From positions 1 to 59,039 of the IMG/VR virus record IMGVR_UViG_3300028581_000047: a stretch of 59,039 nt of DNA; one strand, given 5' to 3'. This stretch comes from a virus. Lineage: Duplodnaviria > Caudoviricetes. Shown here one piece after another: positions 45,623 to 55,704 of this stretch. The notes under the pieces are model-generated. The model made no database searches. It had not been told where the DNA came from and worked only from the letters and a program-made list of their open reading frames with translations. A program made the position numbers and the translations under genes. Position 1 is the stretch's first letter, and each line of letters starts with the position of its first letter.

Positions 45623-48008
45623 TTTGTAACCCCTCTATTTGCGCCTGCTGTGCCTTAACGCACTCGATAAGCAGTGGGATTAACTTTTTGTAATCAACTG
45701 CAAGAAAGCCTGTTTCTCTTTCGTGAATCGCTTCGGGTAAAACCGCTAAGACTTCTTGAGCGATCACACCTACATCATTTTGTTTAAAAAACTCCTGATT
45801 TTGTTTTTCATAATAGTCATCAACCCATCTGAAGTTGTTTCCCGACAAGCTCATTAGTTTTTCGATTGGATTTGAGATTGGCGTTATGTTTTCCTTTAGA
45901 CGCTTATCCGAACCATCATAAGCCGTGACGTTCCCGCTACAAGTGATAGAGCCTTGAACCTTTAGACTTTCCGTCCCATTGCACATATCCACCATCTGCG
46001 CTCCGCTAGTCACTCTTGCTCTCCCAACGGCATCAATAGCATACACCCCGTTGCACATCCAAACGTTTCTAGTCGTACCTCTAAAAGTGTCCTGAAAATT
46101 AGCACAGTATCCCGTTTCTTCTGTTGTGGAAGCAAAGGAAACGTTTAGGCTGGTCTGTGTTGAAATCCCCGTAATGCCCTCTGAACCCGCCTTAATTCCT
46201 GTATTGTTAAAGAAACCGCAGTAAGAGTAACTCGCAGTACCTGCGACACTACTGACATTAGCCACTCTGCCAAGGTAAACTGCTAATTTCGCCGTGGCAG
46301 AGCCACCAAGCGCGCTAGTTGTGACTGACATACCAGAAATGGAGGTTTGACTGGGGATTGCACCCGCAATCTCAGGAGAGGGGACATTTGAGTGAAACCC
46401 AGAAGTGTTGGAATATGAACTTTCAGAACCTGCCCGTGTGCGCTTGTTTCTTCCATAGTAGGCGTTGAAAGTGTTTGCAAGGAATACAGGGTCATAGTTT
46501 AAAATGTTAGTTTCGTTTGGCGAGTTCTTCCCCATGTCGCCCATCGAAGCGATTAAACCATACTCTGAGTACGCCCTAAACTCATGGCTGTCTACATCAC
46601 CTGTGCCAGGATTAAAAGTGTCGTTGATTGTCAAGCGTGACCCAGCAGACACTGAGTGTAAATGACCTACGTTTGACGTGAATGCTTCAAGAGTATCCAC
46701 TTTAAACAGAGAAAGATAAGGTTGGTTCCACAATGTATTAGTGCCGTCATACAGTCCGTCCATCTGGAATTGCTTTGTTGCACTAGCAAACGGCGTGCTT
46801 TGCCAAGTACCCGTAGGTGTTGAGCCAGTCACCATAGTTGGGTAGGTAGTATTGCCCACAATGGACTTTGTAGTTTTTCCGCTATCAGGGGTAAATGTTG
46901 GGTCAACTGTGCTTGATGGATAATTAGCGTAAGCTCTAGTAGCTGAAACGCCTGAGGCACCTTTACCACCATCAGAAACAAGCATTATTGTTTGAGTGTC
47001 TAAGGGGAAATTACCCGCCATGTCCTGATAGGCAGTGATTTTTATTGCACTTGTTACCGTCGAGGTGTCAATAGATTTGGTTGTGGCTGAAGCGGTAATC
47101 ACTTCAGAACCCGAGTCTATTTTAACTCCCCAGCAAACTGCCGTTTCTTCGTTGATAATCGCACCCTGAGTTCTAAAACTACTCACAATCAGGCTTGTTG
47201 GAGCAATCACCCCCGTGCTTAACTTAACAATAACCGAATTAGAGAATTTGATGTTATAGACAGCGGGAGACGTACCATCTGCACCATTAGTACCGTTTGC
47301 ACCATTTGAACCGTCCGCCCCCGCCAACACTTTAGACACAGAAAATCTTTTCGTAATTGGAGAATACCCAACCCTTGATGCGGTAATATCGACATAACCT
47401 GTGGGCGAAGCCATAGTGGCAATCGTAACGGAGTTTGTATTGGTGCCTGTAATAGTGCATCCTGATACAAATGTAGAAAAGCCCCAGTTTGCTGTATCGT
47501 CTGTAAATCCATCAAACACAGACATTGTAGAAATTCCGCCAGCCAGGCTCGTGGTAGTTCCATTGCTATCGCAAGGAAAAGTCTGCGAGTCATTACTTAG
47601 CATAGCTACAGTTGCGCTAGACCCAGCTTTTGCCAGCACCCCCCATGCGTTGGTATCAGTTGTTGGGGCTGTAACACCGTTGTACAAAGCTATATACGAG
47701 CTACCACCTGTCTCAACCATATCCCCTTTAGTGTATACCCCAAAAGCGTCCCAAACCCCTTTTGGTTCATTTTTTGTTGAATAAGGCTCTGGTTTTCCGT
47801 CACCAGAAACCCCCGTTGCGAAGTCAACGGTAACAAGAGACCAAGATTCGCCTGTCCAGCGATAAGTGAACCCTGGCAGGAGGTATGTTCCTGTCTCTGT
47901 GCAATACACCCCTACCGCGCTTGTATTTGTCCATTCGTCACCAGCTGCAACGTAGTCATCTGCCCCGTCTCCATTGTGGTCGTAATCAATCGTTACTATA
48001 TCTGTCAT
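45606..48008 (-). CDS. tail fiber with C-terminal intramolecular chaperone (peptidase S74)
   Basis: SDKRLKENI...GVIAQEV..VLPEAI...VDYKKLIPLLIE. Confidence 0.85.
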   Translation of the reverse strand: MTDIVTIDYDHNGDGADDYVAAGDEWTNTSAVGVYCTETGTYLLPGFTYRWTGESWSLVTVDFATGVSGDGKPEPYSTKNEPKGVWDAFGVYTKGDMVETGGSSYIALYNGVTAPTTDTNAWGVLAKAGSSATVAMLSNDSQTFPCDSNGTTTSLAGGISTMSVFDGFTDDTANWGFSTFVSGCTITGTNTNSVTIATMASPTGYVDITASRVGYSPITKRFSVSKVLAGADGSNGANGTNGADGTSPAVYNIKFSNSVIVKLSTGVIAPTSLIVSSFRTQGAIINEETAVCWGVKIDSGSEVITASATTKSIDTSTVTSAIKITAYQDMAGNFPLDTQTIMLVSDGGKGASGVSATRAYANYPSSTVDPTFTPDSGKTTKSIVGNTTYPTMVTGSTPTGTWQSTPFASATKQFQMDGLYDGTNTLWNQPYLSLFKVDTLEAFTSNVGHLHSVSAGSRLTINDTFNPGTGDVDSHEFRAYSEYGLIASMGDMGKNSPNETNILNYDPVFLANTFNAYYGRNKRTRAGSESSYSNTSGFHSNVPSPEIAGAIPSQTSISGMSVTTSALGGSATAKLAVYLGRVANVSSVAGTASYSYCGFFNNTGIKAGSEGITGISTQTSLNVSFASTTEETGYCANFQDTFRGTTRNVWMCNGVYAIDAVGRARVTSGAQMVDMCNGTESLKVQGSITCSGNVTAYDGSDKRLKENITPISNPIEKLMSLSGNNFRWVDDYYEKQNQEFFKQNDVGVIAQEVLAVLPEAIHERETGFLAVDYKKLIPLLIECVKAQQAQIEGLQNDLAK

Positions 48009-48020
48009 GTTAGTCCCTTC

Positions 48021-51000
48021 TTATTTAGAGATTTTTGGGGCAGCGGCACCACCAAAACTTGTTTTAGTGAACAGGTTAAATGTAACCCAATTATCCCATA
48101 TTGTTTTACGGGTGTAGTACACAAAGGCACTTTTATCGAGGTACTTTAAGATAGTTAATGCCTTCGCAGGCGTTACGAGTCCTGTGTTTGCAGTAAGAAG
48201 CTGAGACCGCAATTTCCACGACCCGTTTTGTGCAGCGAACAAATAACAGTAGGCCTTACCATCTACAGTTTTTTCCCCAATGTAAATGCTACCTTCGTAA
48301 GGGGCTATCTCGATAGTTGCAGCTGTAATGTTAGTACCCCGTCTTTTCTCAACTATGGTTTTATTCTTACCTTCCCACAAATAATCTTCGTCATTCCAAG
48401 TAACAATAGCCTTGGACGGAACGCCACTAACGGTTTTAGTCGAAGTGTTCTTCCAGTAAAACCCTGCAACGTTTGGAAGTTCCGTAAGCGAATCAAACGT
48501 GTTATTGAATTTCTTCGCTCTAAAACCTGCCCATTCAGAAACCGTGAGCGCATTCCAAACCGTTCCGTTAAATCTCTTCGTTTGGTAAGTTACCGTGTTT
48601 ATCCAGTAATCCCCCTTTACAGGCTCTACGGGTGCTGTCTCTGACTTAGTATACATCGCAGAGTAAATCCTATTGTAAGTCGCAGCCCAAGCATAACTCG
48701 TGTTGTACACTACAGGCGTGCCATAGAACTTTGCTTTGTTGGCCACCGTGGGTTTTAGGTATGTTGCATCGTTTATAATTCGATAGGGGACGACGATAAA
48801 ATTATAAGTATGGTTTGCACCCATATTGGGGAATTCAACACTTCTAGCTGTGTTGGACACCAGCTTAGTCCCAGAAAAAGTCGTAATAGTGGGCAAGGCT
48901 GGAACCACAGTGAGAGATTCCAATGCCACAAGGTAAACTAAAAACCCGTCTATTTTACTTTCGTTATAGGTGGACAGAACCCAGTTGCACGTTACGTCAA
49001 GAGAACCGCTAACGTTTCCAGAGAACGTAATATGGTGCGGAACAGGGTAGCCAGCAGTTGGAACCAACGTGACATCCGTCAAGGTACTATCGTTGACGGA
49101 GTTAAAATCAGTAATCATTGGCTTAATTTCAGTAGCCTTTACAATCACGCCATCACTGCCTTTCAAGTCTGCTTTTATTACTAAAGTACCTGTGTTGTAT
49201 TTGTACACCCCACTTACTGAAACAGGCGAAACAAGCCAGAGTTTGTCGGGCATCCGTGAGGCTGCGGGGGCTGCGTCGTAAACTGCTTTTGAAACCTCTT
49301 TATACACAAAAGTATATGCTTTGTTGAACGACGTAGTTCCTAGATTGCTAAACTCAGCACTTTTATTAGTGCTGACCCTTCTCACACCCGCGCCGTAGAC
49401 GGTTGTATGCGCGAGTGTAGCAGAAAAACTATCTATTTTATTGGTTACAACACAAGTCACAAAATTGGTATATTCTGCTGGAAGCCCACCCCATTCCCAT
49501 GAAACGGTAGCATTCGTTCTTCCATCATCGTTTGCATCATTATCATAAGTAATGACAGGGATACCTGTAGCAGCTGGAACTCCCGCAGTGCTACTGTATT
49601 TTGCTGCAATGGTTGCAACCGCGTCTAAAACAGCCGTTGTGTGAGGGGCTATTGCAACGGCACCGACTAATGCAGGGTGATCCACAACAGACAAGTTTCT
49701 TCTTGCAGCTAATTTTTCGTTATACGTCGCAAAAGCAGCCTCGAAAACAGACTTGTTGGTCAGGTTATGCGTGTAAGACTTGTGGTTTGAGCTAGCTACA
49801 ACAACAGTAGGGCTTGCAACTTCTCGTTTAGTTAAACCTGTGTCAAACAAAGGTGATTCGTAGATAGTCCCCGTAATCGGGAAATACGTTCCAGTCAACA
49901 GCGTAATAACTGCGTCTCTTGCTGACTTTAGAGCAGCATTCGCCGCAGTCGCGGATGCAAGCGTTTTTGGGGTTGTTGCAAGGTTATACGCTAATTTATA
50001 CTCCGAATTCGCGTTATCGCTTAGGTTATCAATCCATTTCTGGAACGTGAGACCTTTTTCCATCGCAGTAATCACAGAGTCTTTAGCAATGTCTTCGATG
50101 ACCGCGAGGGTATTATCTACTGTGTTCTTGAGCAATGCGATATTCACACCACTTTGAAGCAAGACAGTAGCTGGTTGGAAAGGATCTTGAGTTACAGGTG
50201 TGGAATAAATTGTAGATGCCTTTGTGGGGTTCAACGAGGCAGTTACATTACGATAAGCCCAAATAGCGAAGGAGAAGAATTTGGTGGAGGTATCGGTAAA
50301 ACCGTGCTTGTAATGCGTCTGTTTAGCATCCCCATCATTGAATTTTATAATTGTCCCCGTCCCCTTTGACGTTGAGAAGGTTTGTACTGCATTCGTTTCC
50401 ACTGCACGAACTTCAACCAAGAAACCATCAATGTCGTAACTATCGCCTGTACCAACATAGTCCCATTCAATTACAACGTGCGCCGTACCAAGACCCACCG
50501 CTTGAATCTGTGGGCTGTATGTAACGCTTGTTACAGGGGCGACGGTACCGAACTTCTTGTTATTGTTAGTGTCATAGTCATACTTCATGCTAGCGATACT
50601 TTCTACAGGAATACCCATCACGGTAGAACCTGCCACCATATCGTTTGTGCCAAATACGGTTAAAGCTAAGACATTACTAGCATTCTTTTTAGCCACCCAA
50701 GTTTTAGCTGTGATAGGGTCATAAATTAAGTCACCCTCTTTTGGGTTTTTCTCAAAGCCGTGATACGCACTTGTTGAGTCAAACTGCCACAGTTTAAGTG
50801 TCGTTGGGTTTAATATACTTAACCCTGTGACATTAACAGCTCGGCTAGTTGTAACTCCACCTGTTTTTGTCCATAAAGGGAAAGTGGTGAGACTACCTGT
50901 AGTTGAAGTAACAAAGTAATTCCACCCCACAGGTGGGTTTGTGGGTTGCGAGTTGTCATAAATGCTCGCTACAACTGCTTGGAAAGTTCCTGCCCCGCCT

Positions 51001-54000
51001 AACGTAGTGGAGTCCAAGCCTAATTTTAACAACATTTCTGTTGACCAACCTGTTACTGCGTCGGTGGGGTCAAGTCGAAAGGCATCCGAGAACTCGCAAC
51101 CAATTGTTCCAAATGAGTCTACTGCCTGAACAATAAAGTAATAGGCTTCAGAGGTAGGCAGTTTGAACTTCAAAGTACGTTCAGAAGCCCTAACAAGCAG
51201 GTTAGCATCTGCGGGGGTAAAAGTAGTGGCAGCCCCTAACAAACTTTCTGCTACACCATACACCAAAACTTCTTCTGGTTTATACGCAGGGTTAATTACA
51301 CCTGAAATCTCTGCTTTAGTGCGGTCTAAACGAGCTAAAGTATATTTGAACTCAACGTCTAATTCTAAGCCTTGTGTGTACTTTGGAATCAAAGATTTGA
51401 TAAGCGGAGCAGGGTTTGCGGCTTTTACATAAGTGAAGGCACTGTTATTTTCTGCAATGTCAATCACACTTACTTTGAACTTTAAGAACCGTTGGGGCGT
51501 GCCAAAGTCCTCTGCGTTTAAATCCATTGAATACTCGAAAGTATCCGTCGGGCAGTGATAAACAATCGGAACTGTCTCGTTTAACGCATTGAGTTTTGTT
51601 AGTGGTTCATTCGAGGAAAAATGTACAAGTTCAATTTTGTAGTGTTTGAACCACGCAGACTTTTCTGTGTCCGAGAAGAAGGTATTTTTCTCTTTTAGAA
51701 CTTTATCAATATCTGTGCTTAACCGAAGTTTGAACGAAGAGCCATCAAACTCTGTCCAGTATGTAGCTGCGTAACCATTAACAACTTTAGCTGTAGGTGT
51801 CAAGAACTGGGCAACACTGATTGCTTCAGGAACATAAAGTTCAAGTGCAGGGAATGTGCCTATCGTTGCACCAGCTAAACTGATTTGAGTAGTTGCCCAC
51901 TCACTAGCCTTCAACCCCAAGACTGCCTTAACCGCGACATGAAGCACAGTATCTGTGTTACCTGGGTGGTAGATAAAACGGTTAGTAAGCGTACCAACTA
52001 CTGCTGTTAAATCCCCTGCATATTGGTCAATGCGTAAGACCTCTTCGCCTGCTTGGCTATACACCCTAACCGCATAGTAGATACCCGAAGTGCGACCTAA
52101 AAGCGGAGCGTTTTGTGGAACAATTTTGTCTTGTTGCAAGAACGCATCACGGTGGTTCCAGGTGATAATTACCTGACCTATATTATCAGTAACTGCCTTT
52201 AAACCCGCCACAGGGTAAGGTTCCGCCCAAACACTTTCTACTATTTTATTGAAAACAGTCCCAGTAAGCTCCTGTGTTGTACGAGTTTTACTTACTGTGC
52301 GTATCATGAAATTAAGGTTAGTGTAATCAGGAAACTCAGCGTCAATCACACATCTGTTAAGCGTATCACCATAAAACCAAAGTGTAGCCCCTTTATAGAA
52401 CTCTTTAGGCACTGTGTGGAAAATACCGCGAGTAACTGTCACAGTAGTATAGCCAACTCCAAAGCTAACTACCTGCATCATTTCTTCTACGACATCTTTA
52501 CCGTTCCAACCAGAACAAACAAGGTAAGAGCCTGCTGAAACTTTATTTAGTCCAACAACAGACACCAAGGGTATAGTTGTTGTCACTTCTGGGTGCAATG
52601 CCGCGTCTGTGTTACCTGTTGGGGTAAAATCTAACGTCCCCATATACCGATAATTGTCGCCTGTTAAACTAACATGAACTTCAAATTGGTTGTAACGCAC
52701 GCCAGGTGATTTCGCAAAGAAGGCAAGTACACCGCTCTCTGAATCCACATTGCTAACGTCAACGTTGTTGCCAGGGCTGAGTTTTAAACGTTGAATATCC
52801 CAGTAATGCAAGTTAAACAGTTTGCCTGCTAAAGGTACAGGCGGGTCTGCTGGATAAGCTGTTGGGTTTATGAACTCCTCCATTGACGGAGGGCCGTAGC
52901 TAACCTGGTCTGTTTTAAAGATATTCTCAACGCATTTTAACGTGATACGACCGTCTTCAAGCAAACCAAAACCAATACTAACCACGCGGAGGGACATATT
53001 TATGATGCCAAAATCCTCCCAAGTCCAGTCAACAACATCACCAATTCGCAAAGCACTTGCAGAGCGGTTGACCACCAATTCGACAGACGCTAAACTCTGA
53101 CTCATTAAAGCAAGGTCACGGTTAGCAAGAGTTGCTGCTAACGCATTGCTTGTCACCATCTGATAAACCCGAGTAACTGCTACAGTATTACCTTGGATTT
53201 CTCTCGCCGCTGGGTTATGCACCGTCATAGATTTAGGTGTACCCAAAACAGAATCTATCCACTGTACTGTTAACTGGTTTACTAATTCTGAAACACCTGA
53301 TCGGGTAAAGTTTCTCGCTTCAATAACATTTGTAGTGTTTAACGGTAGTTGCCCTTCATCTTCTCTCCGCAATAACTTCAGAGTGAACTTGCCTGTTACA
53401 GGCTCAATGTACAATACTGCATTGATTGTTTGGAGAATTAAACCCAAAAACTCTTCCACAGTAGACGTATTTTCCCAAACCGCTGAGATACCAAAGTTTT
53501 CTGTGTGGAGTGTTTCAGCAGCCTTTTTAAAACCCTCTCTATCAATATATGAATCTGTATAACCCATGCCCCAAACTGAGTTCGTCAAGCATTCTAAAAT
53601 GATATACGCAGGGTTTGCCTCTTCTCTTGAAATACTCGTTATTGTTTTAATTGGGGTAGAAGTAATAGTTACCGAACCCGAAGTCTTAACAGTATCTACC
53701 CCATCGGTGGTGGTGGTTACTACGGGTGTCGCAGTGGTACTAGGTACTTCCGCAACTCCAGGAGTCGTGACTGTCGCAGGCGTTGCAGGCGTGCCAACAG
53801 TAGCGGTAGTGGCGGGTGTTACAGTTGTTACAGGTGCTGCTTTAGCTACAGGATAAACTACACCATCAGCACTAGAGGGTGAATTGTAAAGGGCTAGGTG
53901 TAACGCTGGAGGGTATAATTCTTTCACCCACAAGGCTCCACCTTGTCCATCATACTGGGCTTTGTAGTACCCCACCCCTTGCGCTGCTGCAACTGTAGCC

Positions 54001-54746
54001 AAATTGGGGTACGCATCTGAGTAAAAGGAAGCCGTGGTAGCCCCAGGTGCTACATAGTATGTAAGTTTCCCCCCCACCACGCCTAAACTTTGTAGCTCCC
54101 GCCCAGACAACATTAAGGATATTTGTGTACCAAAGCCTGTTCTTGAGAGTTTAACTAGCTTCAAGGAGTTATCGGACACGCCATAAGGGCTGGAAACAAC
54201 CTGGTCATCCTTATTCAGAATAACCGCGTAGGCTCCAAAATAACTGTCGTCTCGATAAGGGACTCGCGTGACTTTGAATTTCCATGCTTTAGGTCTTGAA
54301 GAGTTGGCTTGGTAAAGCAAGTTATCCCAAAATACACTTGTTACGCCTCTAAACGAGGGCATTTTGTCCTTTTGGAAATCTGACGAGGTTGCAATTTGGT
54401 TTTGGGCAAAGGACGTGACAAATTTTGACATACCTTCTGACGTGTTAGCACCCTGAAACATAGAAACAATGTGGTCACGCAGAACCAGGTCGCCCGATTC
54501 CAACCCGTTTTTCAAGACTATGATATGTCCGAGTACCCCGCCTTCTTTTAAAATTCCGCCGTATAGGTTAGGTTGATTGATTTTTACCCTTTGGTTTACA
54601 TTCAACGCGCTTTGGTTAATTACAACGTCATCGTAAGTCCGTATTTCGTGGATAGCATCAATAGTACCTTGACAGAGTACCATGTGCATACTCATATAGT
54701 AGTTATATCCGACGGTGACGGGACCGCCTGCTTCTTTACTTCCCAT
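48021..54746 (-). CDS. central tail tip/host-specificity protein (Phage-tail_3-like), 2241 aa
   Basis: VGYNYYMSMHMVLC, KEGGVLG, ANPAYIILECLTN..WGMG, GKFTLKLLR motifs. Confidence 0.8.
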   Translation of the reverse strand: MGSKEAGGPVTVGYNYYMSMHMVLCQGTIDAIHEIRTYDDVVINQSALNVNQRVKINQPNLYGGILKEGGVLGHIIVLKNGLESGDLVLRDHIVSMFQGANTSEGMSKFVTSFAQNQIATSSDFQKDKMPSFRGVTSVFWDNLLYQANSSRPKAWKFKVTRVPYRDDSYFGAYAVILNKDDQVVSSPYGVSDNSLKLVKLSRTGFGTQISLMLSGRELQSLGVVGGKLTYYVAPGATTASFYSDAYPNLATVAAAQGVGYYKAQYDGQGGALWVKELYPPALHLALYNSPSSADGVVYPVAKAAPVTTVTPATTATVGTPATPATVTTPGVAEVPSTTATPVVTTTTDGVDTVKTSGSVTITSTPIKTITSISREEANPAYIILECLTNSVWGMGYTDSYIDREGFKKAAETLHTENFGISAVWENTSTVEEFLGLILQTINAVLYIEPVTGKFTLKLLRREDEGQLPLNTTNVIEARNFTRSGVSELVNQLTVQWIDSVLGTPKSMTVHNPAAREIQGNTVAVTRVYQMVTSNALAATLANRDLALMSQSLASVELVVNRSASALRIGDVVDWTWEDFGIINMSLRVVSIGFGLLEDGRITLKCVENIFKTDQVSYGPPSMEEFINPTAYPADPPVPLAGKLFNLHYWDIQRLKLSPGNNVDVSNVDSESGVLAFFAKSPGVRYNQFEVHVSLTGDNYRYMGTLDFTPTGNTDAALHPEVTTTIPLVSVVGLNKVSAGSYLVCSGWNGKDVVEEMMQVVSFGVGYTTVTVTRGIFHTVPKEFYKGATLWFYGDTLNRCVIDAEFPDYTNLNFMIRTVSKTRTTQELTGTVFNKIVESVWAEPYPVAGLKAVTDNIGQVIITWNHRDAFLQQDKIVPQNAPLLGRTSGIYYAVRVYSQAGEEVLRIDQYAGDLTAVVGTLTNRFIYHPGNTDTVLHVAVKAVLGLKASEWATTQISLAGATIGTFPALELYVPEAISVAQFLTPTAKVVNGYAATYWTEFDGSSFKLRLSTDIDKVLKEKNTFFSDTEKSAWFKHYKIELVHFSSNEPLTKLNALNETVPIVYHCPTDTFEYSMDLNAEDFGTPQRFLKFKVSVIDIAENNSAFTYVKAANPAPLIKSLIPKYTQGLELDVEFKYTLARLDRTKAEISGVINPAYKPEEVLVYGVAESLLGAATTFTPADANLLVRASERTLKFKLPTSEAYYFIVQAVDSFGTIGCEFSDAFRLDPTDAVTGWSTEMLLKLGLDSTTLGGAGTFQAVVASIYDNSQPTNPPVGWNYFVTSTTGSLTTFPLWTKTGGVTTSRAVNVTGLSILNPTTLKLWQFDSTSAYHGFEKNPKEGDLIYDPITAKTWVAKKNASNVLALTVFGTNDMVAGSTVMGIPVESIASMKYDYDTNNNKKFGTVAPVTSVTYSPQIQAVGLGTAHVVIEWDYVGTGDSYDIDGFLVEVRAVETNAVQTFSTSKGTGTIIKFNDGDAKQTHYKHGFTDTSTKFFSFAIWAYRNVTASLNPTKASTIYSTPVTQDPFQPATVLLQSGVNIALLKNTVDNTLAVIEDIAKDSVITAMEKGLTFQKWIDNLSDNANSEYKLAYNLATTPKTLASATAANAALKSARDAVITLLTGTYFPITGTIYESPLFDTGLTKREVASPTVVVASSNHKSYTHNLTNKSVFEAAFATYNEKLAARRNLSVVDHPALVGAVAIAPHTTAVLDAVATIAAKYSSTAGVPAATGIPVITYDNDANDDGRTNATVSWEWGGLPAEYTNFVTCVVTNKIDSFSATLAHTTVYGAGVRRVSTNKSAEFSNLGTTSFNKAYTFVYKEVSKAVYDAAPAASRMPDKLWLVSPVSVSGVYKYNTGTLVIKADLKGSDGVIVKATEIKPMITDFNSVNDSTLTDVTLVPTAGYPVPHHITFSGNVSGSLDVTCNWVLSTYNESKIDGFLVYLVALESLTVVPALPTITTFSGTKLVSNTARSVEFPNMGANHTYNFIVVPYRIINDATYLKPTVANKAKFYGTPVVYNTSYAWAATYNRIYSAMYTKSETAPVEPVKGDYWINTVTYQTKRFNGTVWNALTVSEWAGFRAKKFNNTFDSLTELPNVAGFYWKNTSTKTVSGVPSKAIVTWNDEDYLWEGKNKTIVEKRRGTNITAATIEIAPYEGSIYIGEKTVDGKAYCYLFAAQNGSWKLRSQLLTANTGLVTPAKALTILKYLDKSAFVYYTRKTIWDNWVTFNLFTKTSFGGAAAPKISK

Positions 54747-54957
54747 TTTCTTTTTCCTTTATTACGGCTTCGATGAGCTGTTTTACAAATAGGTCTTCCT
54801 GAAACGCTTCAAGGTCTCGGAGTACAAGGTCTTTTTTTATTAGTTGATTGAAATCTAACCCCAAGGCTTTCCAGTAATTTCGTGTACCTTTTACACAAAA
54901 CCCCTTCTCCCGAATCAGGGTTAAATTCACAGGGTAATCTAATTGTTCCGATGTCAT
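54736..54957 (-). CDS. small tail assembly protein
   Basis: GFCVKGTRNYW..LGLDF motif in conserved position before the tip gene. Confidence 0.6.
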   Translation of the reverse strand: MTSEQLDYPVNLTLIREKGFCVKGTRNYWKALGLDFNQLIKKDLVLRDLEAFQEDLFVKQLIEAVIKEKENGK

Positions 54958-54958
54958 G

Positions 54959-55231
54959 TTAAGCTCTGGATTGTAACACGCTAGGGTCTACTTTATTTGA
55001 GACATTATGAGTATTTCCCCACCAAACCACATTAGGTTGGGTTACAAACCGCGTACCAAAAACAATTGGAATAGCTTTACCTTGTTCAGCAGTAGGGATA
55101 TTATTTACTGCGTTTGGGGCAGGAACAGGCGGTTCGGGGTTCTTAGCCGTCAGCATGGCGTAAATACTCATGCCAAGAGAGATTACCGAACAGACTGCGG
55201 CAACTACCGCAGCTACGACTAACCATGACAT
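54959..55231 (-). CDS. tail assembly protein
   Basis: PTAEQGKAIPIVFGT...PNVVWWG motif. Confidence 0.7.
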   Translation of the reverse strand: MSWLVVAAVVAAVCSVISLGMSIYAMLTAKNPEPPVPAPNAVNNIPTAEQGKAIPIVFGTRFVTQPNVVWWGNTHNVSNKVDPSVLQSRA

Positions 55232-55232
55232 G

Positions 55233-55703
55233 TTAGACCCCTAAACGCACAAGCGTTTTCATTGCGAACTGTTCAAAAGTGTCTGAAACAACTTCTTCTT
55301 CTATGTCTTCTAGTGTTTCTTTATCCGTAGGGATAACGTTTATAAATGTACTGTCCCGCAAAGCGTAAATAAGCCGTTTTGTCCCTGGTGGGTCTTTCAT
55401 GATATGCGGAGCTTTTATCTGCATGAATTCTTTTCCGTTTGATAACCGAATCTCGCCTTGAGCGAGAATTGATATATGCTCTTTATGGTGTATCTTTCCT
55501 GTCAGTAAAGTCCCAGCAGGCATAAATAGTTCTCTAATATACACCCCATCCAAATGGTGGTGATTAACAGGCAACTCAATAGGGTTGTCACCCGCTTTCT
55601 CAAATAGATAATCTTCCACAGCCAGAATATGCGGCATTGTACCTGCAAGCGAAAGTTGAGTTGCCAACTCTTTTACTTGCAGAGAAAGTCCTTTATTTTT
55701 CAT
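55233..55703 (-). CDS. cupin-like phage protein
   Basis: GVYIRELFMPAGTLLTGKIH...PGTKRLIYA motif; probable start MKNKG. Confidence 0.65.
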   Translation of the reverse strand: MKNKGLSLQVKELATQLSLAGTMPHILAVEDYLFEKAGDNPIELPVNHHHLDGVYIRELFMPAGTLLTGKIHHKEHISILAQGEIRLSNGKEFMQIKAPHIMKDPPGTKRLIYALRDSTFINVIPTDKETLEDIEEEVVSDTFEQFAMKTLVRLGV

Positions 55704-55704
55704 A

